Positions 24,330 through 36,330 of a stretch of 64,000 nucleotides of DNA are shown here, piece after piece. This stretch comes from Octopus bimaculoides (lineage: Eukaryota), in the NCBI RefSeq assembly GCF_001194135.2, contig NC_068994.1, positions 22,184,576 to 22,248,575 on the forward strand, given 5' to 3'. Positions within the stretch are counted from its first letter, which is position 1, and every line of letters starts with the position of its first letter. A program made the translations under genes and the position numbers. The notes under the pieces were generated by a model. It had not been told where the DNA came from. It saw only the letters and a program-made list of their open reading frames with translations, and ran no database searches.

Positions 24330-27300
24330 TATAGCATCAAATAATGTGGAAGACAACTGGAGGTTCCTGCAGGACAACCTGTTGAGGGTGCTGACCAGAT
24401 CTTTGGATAGTGCAAAGTTCCCACTCAACCTAAGGTAACATGGTAATGGAACAATGTAGTTGACAAAGCCATTAGGGAAAAGAAATAGGCATGGAAGGAC
24501 TGGAAGAGCAGTGGTAGCAGGGAACTGTATCAGATCGCCAGAAAAGAAGCTAGGAGACAGGTTTATTTAGCCAGAGGGGAAGCAGATAAGAAAAAGTTTG
24601 CTAATGTTCTGCATTGTGAGGACCAAAGACTTGAAGTGTTTCGTGTTGCAAGACAGTGTGTGAGAGAGAAATGTGCCTGCATGGATGATGGCTCACTTGC
24701 ATTTAATGATGCTGCAAAGAGAGAAACCTAGATACGCCACTATGAAACTATGAAAGGTTACTAAATGAAGAGAATAAATGAGAGAAAGAGAGTCTGCCAA
24801 ATGTCGACCCAACAGAGGGACCAGCTATCCGAATTGACAGTACCTTGGTAGATAAAGCAATTAAGGGTATGAAGACAGGGAAAGCCCCTGGCCCATCAGG
24901 TATCACTGCAGAGATACTTAAAATATCTGGCAGTGTAGGCTATAGTCTAGTTACCCACATAGTCAACCAGTTGGTACATGAAGGAGTCATACCCAATGAC
25001 TGGTGTTGCAGCACCATAGTCAACTGCTAAAACAGTAAAGGTGACGCATTAGATAGGAATAATTACAGAGGTATCAAATTGTTGGATCAGGTGATGAAAG
25101 TCATGGAGAGGGTCATAGCCCAACTAATTAGGGAGAGAATTAGTTTAGACGAGATGCAGTTTGGGTCTGTGCCAGGGAGAAGCACCACTGATGCTATATT
25201 TCTGGTAAAACAACTGCAGGAGAAATTGCTAGCTAAAGATAACCCTCTGTACTTGGCTTTCGTTGACACGGAGAAAGCCTTCAACAGGGTCCCCCAATCC
25301 CTTATCTGGTGGTCAATGCGGAAACTAGGGATAAATGAGTGGTTAGTGAGAGTTGTACAAGCCATGTACAGGGACGCTGTCAATAAAGTGAGGGTTGGCA
25401 ACGAGTATAGTGAAGAATCCCAGGTAAGAGTAGGGGTCCACCAAGGATCAGTCCTCAGCCCCCTCTTATTCATCATAGTCCTCCAAGCAATAACAGAGGA
25501 ATTTAAGACAGGATGNNNNNNNNNNTCAGCCCCCTCTTATTCATCATAGTCCTCCAAGCAATAACAGAGGAATTTAAGACAGGATGCCCCTGGGAGCTCC
25601 TCTATGCTGATGACCTTGCTCTAATAGCTGAGTCACTACCAGAACTAGAGAAGTTTCAGGTGTGGAAACAAGGTCTAGAATTAAAGGTCCTTATAGTCAA
25701 TCTAGCAAAAACCAAAGTTTTAGCAAGCAGGAAGGCAGGCAAATCACAATTCCCTTCAGATAGATGGCCCTGCTTGATCTGTAGAAAAGGCATAGGTAGA
25801 AACTCCATAAGATGTACCCAGTGCAAGCTATGGACACATAAGAGGTGCAGCAATATCAAAGGAAGGTTTACTGGGAAGATAGTTTTTGTGTGTGACAGAT
25901 GTACAGGGGCAATAAACAGTGGAAATGTGCAGAAAACAGCTTCCATCAGATGCCAGGGGAAAAAACTAGAAATAATTGATAGCTTCCATTACATAGGTGA
26001 GCAAGTCAGTAGCAGAAGTGGATGCTCTGAGAGCATAGATGCTAGAATAAGAATAGCCTGGGTAAAGTTCAGAGAGCTCCTACCTCTGCTGGTAACAAAG
26101 GGCCTCTCGCTCAAAGTGAAAGGCTGGTTGTATGATGCCTGTGTGTGCGAACAGCCATGCTACACAGCAGTGAAACATGGGCTGTGACTGCTGAGGACAT
26201 GCATAGGCTTGAAAGAAATGAAGCTAGTATGCTCCGCTGGATATGTAATGTCAGGGTGCATACTAGACAGTGTAAGCACCCTGAGAGAAAAGTTGGGCAT
26301 AAGAAGCATCAGATGTGGTGTGCAAGAGAGACGACTGTGCTGGTATGGTCATGTGTTACGTATGAATAAGGACAGCTGTGTGAAAAAGTGTCACACTCTA
26401 ACAGTGGAGGGAACCTGTGGAAAAGGTTATAGTGATAATACATGTTCAGTATCAAGTATTGATATGGCTGCATGTATATTATTACAAGAATTCTTACAGA
26501 GAAGAAGTATAAATTTAAGAACTATATATTTACTACATAAAAATATATTTTATTTACTGGTCAATGATGATACATAATCAAAATGTAGAATCTAGTTGAA
26601 TGAAGTAATCTATGCAAGAAAGTTCAGAAATAGGAAATGTAGAAATAACAGCTACATGGTGGTTTTCAGCCCTGTGGCATAGAGAAATAGATGTGCATAG
26701 CAACGACATGAATGGCTCTGAGTGTAATCAACTGAGAAGCAAAGAGCAGGGTAAGCAAGCTGTTTTTATTAATGGAACACTAGACATTCTAGAAACATCC
26801 AAGTGAAACGCGAAGCTTCTTGAATAATTAAGAATTACATCTCATGATACAGATGCTTCGAGAAACTTAGTAAAGGGAGAATTCTCTATAAAACTTCTTG
26901 CAAGATAGATCATTCAACTATTTAGCTACAGACTACTACAGGATCCAGGAAGACCTGGGATGAGGTGGTGAAGCATGACCTTCAAATGTTAGGTCTCACA
27001 GAGGCAATGACAAGTGACTGAGACTTGAAGATATGCTGGTCTTGAGAAGATCTGGCAAGCCAAGTGAGATCGTAACCCTGGCCTATACCAGTGTCACATA
27101 ACCAGCCCATTTAAGAGTTCCCTTCAATCGTCGGGCAATGTGCTCTGCTTGAGAAGACCTGTTGAGTCAAATGAAATCGTTGTCATGGCTGATGCCAGTA
27201 CTGCCTGACTGGCACTTAAAATGCACCATTTGAGTGTGATCGATGCCAGTGCTGCCAGACTGGCTCCTGTGCCGGTGGCACGTAAAAAGCACCATACGTG

Positions 27301-27530
27301 CATGGTCAATGCCAATGCCACCTGACTGGCTCCCATGCTGGTGGTATGTAAAAAGCACCCACTACACTCTCAGAGTGGTTAGCATTAGGAAGAGCATCCA
27401 GCTGTAGAAACCTAGCCAGATCAGACTGGAGCCTGATGCAGCCCCATGGCTTGCTAGTCTTCAGTCAAGCTGTCTAACCCATGCCAGCATGGAAAGCAGA
27501 CATTAAACGATGATGATGATGATGATGATG
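24330..27530 (+). mobile_element. Long RTE LINE copy (RT with inserted PHD finger, 3' UTR, (GAT)n tail), frameshifted and interrupted at 26,428-26,940
   Basis: KAPGPSG; FVDTEKAFNRVP; GVHQGSVLSPLLF; LLYADDL; RLCWYGHVLRM; tail at 27,510-27,531. Confidence 0.93.
26428..26940. mobile_element. 513-bp insertion with TATAGT...ACTACA ends (solo-LTR-like)
   Basis: Interrupts RTE GTCGKG|..RKTWDEVV; no clean TSD. Confidence 0.55.
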
Positions 27531-27569
27531 ATTTACTAGTATTTACTAAATTACCATCATGTTTCCAAC

Positions 27570-27905
27570 AAAGAACTGTGTGCACACATGTATCAGCCCA
27601 CAGCCTCCCACCTCATAGCTATCCATCACATGTTTTGGTTCAGACATGTCCTCTGTCTCTCACTAGATCAATCCTACCAGGGCTTTACTCTCATTTGACA
27701 CAGCAGCAGTGGGCTGGAAGAGGCCTTGTGGCAGGCCCAAGACCAGATGGCTGGATGTGATTAAGGAACATCTCCAGAGGATGCAGAGGGCTGATATGGG
27801 ACTGTCAGTGATGAAGAGCACTGTTGGACGTGGTTGGCTCTATGCATGATGACGTCTCTGGGACCACTAACCTGGGATGACCCCAGCTTCATCAAGCAAG
27901 AGCAT
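27570..27905 (+). mobile_element. 3' end of a second RTE-like LINE family
   Basis: GWKRPCGRPKTRWLDVIKEHL; CAAGCAAG tail. Confidence 0.6.
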
Positions 27906-28439
27906 AAAGTAGAAACAGCAGCAGCACTAGAAACATTATTTGCTATAAATATTTGTAGAAATCTATTAGTTTGTTAAAGGGGATGAAATGACAACAATGG
28001 TAGCATACCAGACTAATTATTTTGAAACATTTAACTATGTTCTTTTACATTCTGAGTTCATATCCCATATTTTTTTGTCTTTGTTTTTCACCCATCCAGA
28101 TTGATAAAATAAGTAGCAGACATGTACTGGTGTCAATTTGATTTACAGTGGCTCTTATCTATAAATTTGTGGCTTTTTGTAAGCTTAGAGATCTTTGTTA
28201 GGGTCTATGGTTATATTTACAGAAAAAAATGTGGATTTTTTACTAATTGGTGCCTGTCAGAAGCTGAAGACTTCGAATTTTTTGGAATTGGAAAAGCATC
28301 CCTTATAACCATCACTTTAGTCATGGAGTCAATGAAAGAGCTTTTTATGTGGTTACTCAGTCTGCAGGCAATAACAATCATATCTCCCTCATCATATCCA
28401 ACCATTTTAAAAATAGGAAGAGCATTAGATATTGGTTCC

Positions 28440-28635
28440 TAATTTTGGCACAAAGCCAGCAATTTCGGGGAAGGGGGTAAATCATACATCGACCCCAGTA
28501 ATCAACTGGTACTTATTTTTATCAACCCTGAAAAGATGAAAGGCAAAGTCAACCTCAGCGGAATCCGAACTCAGAACGTAAAGACAGATGAAGTGCCACT
28601 GGGTGTTTTGCCCAGCATGATAACAATTCTGTCAG
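28440..28635 (-). mobile_element. SINE family B copy
   Basis: Reverse complement of 20,672-20,870. Confidence 0.8.
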
Positions 28636-29986
28636 TTCAATGCCCAAAAGACATTAAATATTAGAATTTGAAACAAGGTTTCAATAGAAACAAATACAAG
28701 TCTGACAAGAGAGATTTGAGACTGCTATATTCTGTATTTTGATTACATAAAGATTGCAGAAAGATATTAAAGGTGAAAGAATAGATCTGGGCATGAGATA
28801 AGTGATTGGCTGAATTGGTAACATAATGTTAACAGTGTTGGAAAATGTGTGTGGAATAAGAGATATACATACTTGTTATCTTCACTACAAATATATAAAT
28901 CAAATCTTGATTTAGTTCTTCTGTTTCATATTTTCAGATATTACATTTTGCAGAAAAACTATCATTATCAAACCCCTTATTCTACGGAGGATGCTTTTCA
29001 AGAGTGTGAAACGATTTACTATGTTTGAAGGGACTGAGAAAAAGATAATCTAAAATAAAGACAAAGCAAAAACAAAACGACAACAAAAAAAACATCCAAT
29101 TTCTGCAAACTCTGCTGTGCTGAAAAAGATTGATATACTTTGATTGATGTATTCTGGTTCGAACTGGCTTTCATGAAAATTTAAATTACACAGAAAGAAA
29201 GAAATAGTTGAGTTATTTACAAATTATTTTGTAAATTTAAAAAGTATTAAATTTTTTCTTCTTTTTGATCTTTGATTTTTCAGTTGGAAAAAATAAACAT
29301 CCTTCTGAACAAGAAAAAAAAAAAACATGCTAAGCAACAAAAAAAATATTTATATTCTTACAAAGAAGCAAAACTGAAGGAAGCAAAAACAATCATTGTA
29401 GGAAATATTCTTATTTGATATTCAGAAAAATTCATTTCTATTGAGAAGTTAAAAAAAAAAAATTGGAAAAGAAACATTTTTTTAAAATTAGGAAAAATGG
29501 AACTAAATAATTTATCTGGTTTTATTTGATTTATCTCATTGTTTAAACACTCACATGTGCACACACACATGCACATATTTATTGTTGGCCTGAGATTAAT
29601 CTCTGTTACTATACACAGTTTCACATTTAGTAACAGAAAGTAATCGGCTATACTATAAATATTTATGTTCTACTTTTGTATTGAGTACTTTTTCTAAATT
29701 CAGACAAATATACACACATATACATATATTTAAAAGATAGTGATAAAACCTCAGATACATACACACACATACATTAAAAGGTTTGATTGATTGACAGAAT
29801 GGGAGAAATTAATGGTTATATTAATGTAAGAGTGAGATAGACTGACATATATATATTCAGAGAAAAACAGGAAGAAATTTTCTTGTTTTGGAATTTTTTC
29901 CAATTTGATTTTAGAAACTTTATTATAAATGTTATGAAACTGAATTTTTATTTCTAACTAAATATTACAATCTTTGTAAAATTGTC

Positions 29987-31840
29987 ATGGAAAGTCATCT
30001 TGGACATAGTGGAGGGAAAAACATGCGTCAAAAGCAGTTCCTTCCCTGCAGCAATGCTGGTCATGCCCCACCCATACATAAAATGCCCCACATGCACTCA
30101 GAAAAAGTATACCATGGAAATATGTGTAACCCAAAATCCTATCCACCAAACTGCAGTTCCATGCATATGCACAATCGGTTACATAGTGCTACTGCTGTCA
30201 GTAAACCTTATTGGGACATTTATGGCAAGCCTCTCTCATTGGGAAAAACCTTGCCACAATCATCAATACCTCCTCCAATGCCAACAATGGCACCACCAAT
30301 CCCCCCTTTACCTCTACCATCTCCAAGTTCCTCTTCCTCTTCATCCTCATCTTCACCACTGATAAATCAACCAAAAGGTACTGCTTCATCATCGCCCTCC
30401 CCCCATCACACTTCTCGCAATATCAGCAAGCCTTTCCATTGTGATGCCTGCCCATCAATGTCACCTCACCAGGCACACATAAACCAGTACCAGCATCTCG
30501 ACAAGGTTTCCAACTTTCACTGCGATATCTGTCCACCTCCACACATGCCACCTCTTCTGCCGTCCTCTCCATCAACACCTTCACCTTCCAATTCAACATC
30601 CCACCACCAGCATTGCGATATATGTCCCCCTTCATCAACTTGCTCTTCCCAGCCCATGTCATCACCACCCATTGTTCATCCTCATCACCAAAATCATCCA
30701 CAACAATCATTACAGCCTCCACCACCACCATCACCTATTTCAACAGTAACCACACCACATCAACAATCACAGCAACAGCAGCAGCAGCAGCATCAACAAC
30801 AGCAGCAACAACAGCAACTATCCAACCAACATGTTCATCAAGAGAAACCATATCACTGTGATGTTTGCCCACATCAATTTGCCCGTCGAGATGCATTGCA
30901 GTGTCATAAAAGGACTCATACTGGTGAGAAGCCTTTCCGTTGCGATATCTGTAATGGGCAGTTTGCTCGTCGAGATACCCTGCAATGTCACAAACGAACC
31001 CACACTGGTGAAAAGCCATTTCAATGTGAAGTCTGCCCTAAAAAATTTGCCCGGCGGGACAAACTTCAATGTCACAAACGGACTCATTCGGGTGAAAAAC
31101 CATATCACTGTGATCTTTGCAGTGGTCAGTTTGCTAGACGAGATACACTGTTGTGTCACAAACGAACTCACACTGGACTGAAACCTTTTGCCTGTGACCT
31201 CTGCCCTAAAAAATTTGCTCGATCGGATCAATTAACTTGCCACAAACGTACTCATTCAGGCATAAAACCATTCCACTGCAATCTTTGCCAGAGGCAGTTT
31301 GCCCAGCGGGATAAACTTGTTTGTCACAAGCGAACACACTCTGGTGAGAGGCCATTTGAGTGTGATGTCTGTGGCCGCCGGTTTGCCCGCCGGGATACCC
31401 TGCAATGTCACAAGCGAACCCACACTGGCGACAAACCCTATCAGTGTGATCTGTGCATCCAAAGATTTGCTCGACGTGATACGTTGCAATGTCATCGAAG
31501 GACCCACTCAGGAGAGAAACCATTCAGCTGTGAGTTTTGTGGGAAGCTGTTCGCTCGCACTGACAAACTGCAGCGACATAGGCGCACACATGCTAGGCAA
31601 CATAGCCACCATCAACACCAGCATTCTCATTCAGCAGTTGCTGCATCTACAGTTCTACCAGCTGGCAGCTCTGGTCTAGCATCACCAGTGGCTGTTCTCC
31701 CTCCACCTCCTGGACCATTTGTAGTTGAGAGTAACAATAGTTTTGCTCGACCTGGAACCACACCTCCTGCCTGTAAAAACATCAAAGACTACACACCTGT
31801 TTCTGTGACGAACCATCTGTGGCAAGCAATCTATTCATGA
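29987..31840 (+). CDS. C2H2 zinc-finger protein, 617 aa, 9 tandem fingers with polyQ and Pro/Ser-rich N-terminus
   Basis: Uninterrupted ORF from gtcATGG; nine C-x2-C-x12-H-x3-H fingers with TGEKP-type linkers (about 30,844-31,590). Confidence 0.96.
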   Translation: MESHLGHSGGKNMRQKQFLPCSNAGHAPPIHKMPHMHSEKVYHGNMCNPKSYPPNCSSMHMHNRLHSATAVSKPYWDIYGKPLSLGKTLPQSSIPPPMPTMAPPIPPLPLPSPSSSSSSSSSSPLINQPKGTASSSPSPHHTSRNISKPFHCDACPSMSPHQAHINQYQHLDKVSNFHCDICPPPHMPPLLPSSPSTPSPSNSTSHHQHCDICPPSSTCSSQPMSSPPIVHPHHQNHPQQSLQPPPPPSPISTVTTPHQQSQQQQQQQHQQQQQQQQLSNQHVHQEKPYHCDVCPHQFARRDALQCHKRTHTGEKPFRCDICNGQFARRDTLQCHKRTHTGEKPFQCEVCPKKFARRDKLQCHKRTHSGEKPYHCDLCSGQFARRDTLLCHKRTHTGLKPFACDLCPKKFARSDQLTCHKRTHSGIKPFHCNLCQRQFAQRDKLVCHKRTHSGERPFECDVCGRRFARRDTLQCHKRTHTGDKPYQCDLCIQRFARRDTLQCHRRTHSGEKPFSCEFCGKLFARTDKLQRHRRTHARQHSHHQHQHSHSAVAASTVLPAGSSGLASPVAVLPPPPGPFVVESNNSFARPGTTPPACKNIKDYTPVSVTNHLWQAIYS

Positions 31841-31952
31841 AATTCAAATATTTTCTCTGCCGGACATCAGTTTCGCACCTGAAGTGCGATGAGCAAGATA
31901 CATTGTTATTGCTCAAAACTTATGCATATATGCACATATAAATGTATGCTAT

Positions 31953-31956
<4 letters not shown>

Positions 31957-32019
<63 letters not shown>

Positions 32020-32021
32020 AT
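31957..32021. repeat. (TA)n-(TATG)n microsatellite in the presumed 3' UTR
   Basis: Direct reading. Confidence 0.95.
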
Positions 32022-32454
32022 AGTGTTCATATATACATAAAAATATCTGCTAACACATGTATGTTCCTATATACATAGAAATATATTATCTCATTAGCAT
32101 GTCAGTATACACACATAACTGTGTACTCATACAAATATACATACATGTTCATATACTAGCAACTGAGGGCAAATTATATCTAAATCTGGTGAATTTCCTT
32201 TTCCTTTGCTTGTGTTTTAACTGTGAAAACAACATTCCTTAGAAATTCAAAAATGCTTGTTTCATTTTTTTTATATAATTTTTATATATTCACCGTAGTT
32301 ATATCTTTTTTTCTTTTTATGCCTGAATGTCAATTTTCCATTATGTTATTAATATTTGCAGTTTATTGTTTGTATTATTGTTACTATGGTTGTCGATCTT
32401 AAAATTGGTAGAGAATCAGTTAAAAAAATGCCTTATGGTATTTTTAATTATGTC

Positions 32455-32745
32455 TGTTTATGTTCTTGGTTCAAATCCTGCCTAAGTCAAATCAAAGTTT
32501 ACTTGGCCCTACATTCTACTGGGGTTGATAGAAAAAATTCCAGTTGAATTCTACGGTTGAGTTAGTTGACAGAATCCTCCTCCAAAATTTGTGCTCTTGT
32601 TCCTATGTTAGAAATTATTAATTTAATTAATGAATAGTATTTAGTTACATCCCTTTATGTTCTGGATTCAGATACTGCTGGGAGTGACTCTGCACCCTTT
32701 CCCTCAAAATTTGTGAACCCATGCCAATAAAAGAAATTACCATTA
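32455..32745 (+). mobile_element. Two decayed SINE family B pieces
   Basis: GGTTCAAATCCTGCCTAAGTC; AAATTTGTGCTCTTGTTCCTATGTTAGAAATTATT. Confidence 0.55.
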
Positions 32746-34089
32746 CTTAACTTCTTTTTTACCTGTGTTCCTAGGCTTTAATTTTTGTGTTAATGCTAAA
32801 GACTTGAGAAAATGAAAACAAACGGAAAATAATCATCAAAATTAATTAGTAACCATGCAAATTGTTTTGATTTTTTAATTAATTAAATGTCACTTTTATA
32901 TTTTAGTTGTGTATGTGAATGAATTTTAATGCATGCATTTAAGAGAGAGAGAGAGTGGATTATCTGTGTGTGTCTTTATATGTGAATGTGTTTCGTGTGT
33001 GTATGAATGTACTTCGTGTGTGTGTGTGCATGTATGTATGTATACACACACATATACATACATATACATAATGTGAGAAATGATAGCACAAAACTGGAAT
33101 AAGGACTGCCAAAATCTTCAATCATTAGTTGGTACCCATTTGCCCCAGACCAGCTGTGAATCTCAAATATGTCTTTTGCACAAGTGCCATTGCATAAATA
33201 ATAAGCTTTGAAGTCTATTGCATGGGTTACATTCCTAGCTAAGGCTACTTATTCAATATCCATTTATGCATCTTGGGAAAGGCATGAACATCCCAACATT
33301 CATTTTCCAATTCTCTGAAGTCAGCTTTTCTTTAATGGATCTCCCTGATTACAAAATATGAAGCAATTGACTCTGTTTCACTAGTGCATGGGAATAAAAA
33401 ATGTCTCAATTGATGTATGATAATATAAACTGGTTGGTGGATAATATTGGAGGTGTGTTATTAACAACTTAAACTTAATTTCTTAGTGTTTCAGACAACA
33501 TTTTTGTGTATATTAGGCAGAGTGTGTAAACTAGTTAGAGAAATTTTAAATAAATCAAGCAATAAACAATGATAAATTGAGTCCTATTTTGTATTATTAT
33601 ATTGTTTGCATAGTAAATGATATTTTTTTATTGCTTTGTTAATATATTTATATATGTATTTACATATGCACATGCATACACATACATATAGTTTTGTATG
33701 TATGTATATGCATGCATTTTATATTCATTGCTCCAAGCAGGGTTAGGTATATAGATGTGTGTGTGTGTTTTTTGTTTTGGTAGCAATTAATTTTACAATT
33801 AGATACTTCTTCTACTGATCATTCAGCAATGATGTAGAGATGAGGCACCCTGTTTTCTGCTAGTCAGCAAAATCAGAGTAAGCAGGTTAATGTGCTTTAC
33901 TCTGGAATATGATACAATGGTTGTTGTTAAGATGAGTATATGGTTAATAAATTTTCTTTTGCATTTGTACAAGTTGGATCCAAGTCTCACCCAGAGACCT
34001 TAAGAGACAACAAGTTAGAAGTTCATGTAGGTGTTATGCCTAGGGTACCATATATTTGGATTTGTACAGTTATTATTATTATTATTATT

Positions 34090-34310
34090 CAGGTCACTTC
34101 CTGGAATCAAACTCAGAATCTTGGGGTTAGTAGCCCGTGCTCTTAACCACTACACCATATCCTGGTGGGCAATTATGGGGTGAATGTTTGGGCTTTTAAA
34201 TCTAATTTCCCCAAGACACCTGATGACGGTTGTAGGGTATATCACCCAAAACATGTTAACAACAAACAAGAGGAGGACAGATATCCATCAAATGTAAATA
34301 ATGTGTAAGG
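34090..34310. mobile_element. tRNA-like head on the minus strand next to a Penelope pLTR-like relic with a decayed hammerhead core
   Basis: Reverse complement TGGTGTAGTGGTTAAGAGC...GAGTTTGATTCC; CTGATGA at 34,220; tail shared with 23,600-23,660. Confidence 0.5.
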
Positions 34311-35239
34311 CATCCTACTTCAATGATTAGTTATGTTTAAAACAAGAAGTTTCATCTTGGACATGACAGACACAGGCAAAGCAGCCACATCAATATTAAC
34401 TCTGCACCTACCCAGCCATCATTGTCGGTGGTGCTGGCAGTGATGTCATCCATCTATCGAGAAGAGCAATAAGAAAACTTCTTAGGAGGTTTTTTCACTC
34501 AACAAACTCAATACTATTGTTAACTCTAGCTTTTAAACCAGCCATATCTGGCTGAAATGTTCTACCTGTTTTATGTTCAAACTGGTGAGATTCAGCTTCT
34601 CACACTTACCCTACAATGTCATTCTAAAAATAAACAATCACATCATCAAAATCTCTAAGCTATAAAATAATGCATGATTAATTCAAAACAATCTGAATAA
34701 ATAAGCATTACCTTTGGATGAATAATCTGAATGCTAAAGGATTAAGATGTATTTCACATACAGAAATTTAGAATAATCAGTTTCCAATAAACAAATGATG
34801 GATAGTCATAGAAAGAAATATTAAATATTTCATGCAGTGTCTAAACTTTATACCACAATATTATATAATATAATAGCAAATACAGTGAGAATAATAAAAG
34901 TAAATATTCATCAGTCCTAATTTCTTAGTCTACTCTATTTTCTAGTTTCTATTCCTCTATTCTTCTTTTCTGTTTTCTGTTTTACCTCAGTCTGCTACTT
35001 TTATTGTTCAGCCATACCAGCAAGATTCCCTCATTGCAATGCCATGGCATTTGTGTTGGGATCAGAATAAACCTGCAGGAAAAAATTCACTTCCTTTAAA
35101 GAACTGCCTCTGATTACAGTGTGACATTTATGAGTTTAGATAAGAATGTATGGCATAAAAAGAAGATATTTTGTGGATGTTAAGAGACAGAAATTTGTTT
35201 CAATAAACAGGTTTGAAATAATACTGAATAAGCATAAGG

Positions 35240-35615
35240 CACAGGTGTGGATGTGTGGTAAGAAGCTTGCATCTCAACCACATGGTTTTGGGTTCAGTCC
35301 TACTGTATGGTACCTTGACCAACCAAAGCCTTGTCAGTGGATTTGGTTGATGAAAACTGAAAGAAGCCCATCATAAATATATATCTGTGTGTGTCTCTTT
35401 GTGTCTGTGTTTGTTCCCCCTGCCATAGCTTGACAACTGCTGTTGGTGTGTTTACATCCCAGTAACTTAGCAGTTCAGCAAAAGAGACTCACAGAATAAG
35501 TATGAAGCTTAACAAAAAGTAAGTACTGGAGTCGATTCATTCAACTGAAAATTTTTGAAGATGGTGCCCCAGTATGGCCACATTCTAATGACTGAAACAA
35601 GCAAAGGATCAACGA
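35240..35615 (+). mobile_element. Near full-length SINE family A copy
   Basis: tRNA-like head GTGTGGTAAGAAG...GGGTTCAGTCC; internal (TA/TG)n; tail ATGACTGAAACAAG. Confidence 0.82.
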
Positions 35616-35829
35616 TAAGTTTGAATGAGTGGGAAATACACGTTGAAAGGGTGTAGATAGTATAATTTGAAAGGTAAATCACTGATGTGGTGCAGATATA
35701 ATTGTATTGGCATACAAATTGTTAGAATGTAAAGTGTAGTGTGGAGGAAGAGGATAGTAATGAGTTAAGCAAAAAAATACGAGGACTATGGTGGTGAAAA
35801 TATTCTGGAAGGGAAAATTAATAGGGATC

Positions 35830-36330
35830 TGTTGATAGTGAACCTGTGACTGGAGCGAATTCCCTTTTCTCCAGCTTGCTACAAACTTGTTTTGCACTAT
35901 TCCTTTCTGATCTTTGCTAAATCCTTATCTTTCTCAATCAGTGTGGCTTCAAACTAAAGTTCTATTCCTCACTAATTACTCTTAAGTATCCATCCAACAT
36001 ACAACACATTCTGAAATATTTTTCCAAGCATCTTAAATGCTCTACAGTGCACTCCGTATTAGTTAAGTCACCAAGTCACTCAAAACCTTAGCTGCCCTTC
36101 TACCAGCTTCATCAACTGCATTACATACAAACATTGTAATACACTATACGTAAGTGAAATGTTATGCTGTTTATGTGACTTTCTTTGAACATCTTCCTAC
36201 TATTCTCTACTGTAATCAAGGCAAAACCCTTGTGCCCCTCCACATTTCAATTCTTCTGATCACCCTGTTGACCATCTCTCAGTGTCCAGAGTTCCAAAAA
36301 TATGAACCCTACATTCCTACAGACAAAAAA
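35830..36330 (+). mobile_element. Decayed Penelope-like element, GIY-YIG region
   Basis: NCITYKHCNTLYVSE...EHL...HFNSSDH; IPFLQL upstream. Confidence 0.55.

Noticed and set aside
25444-25590. Repeated SPLLFIIVLQAITEEFKTG in the RTE RT
   Set aside because: Duplication across a 10-N gap; artefact.
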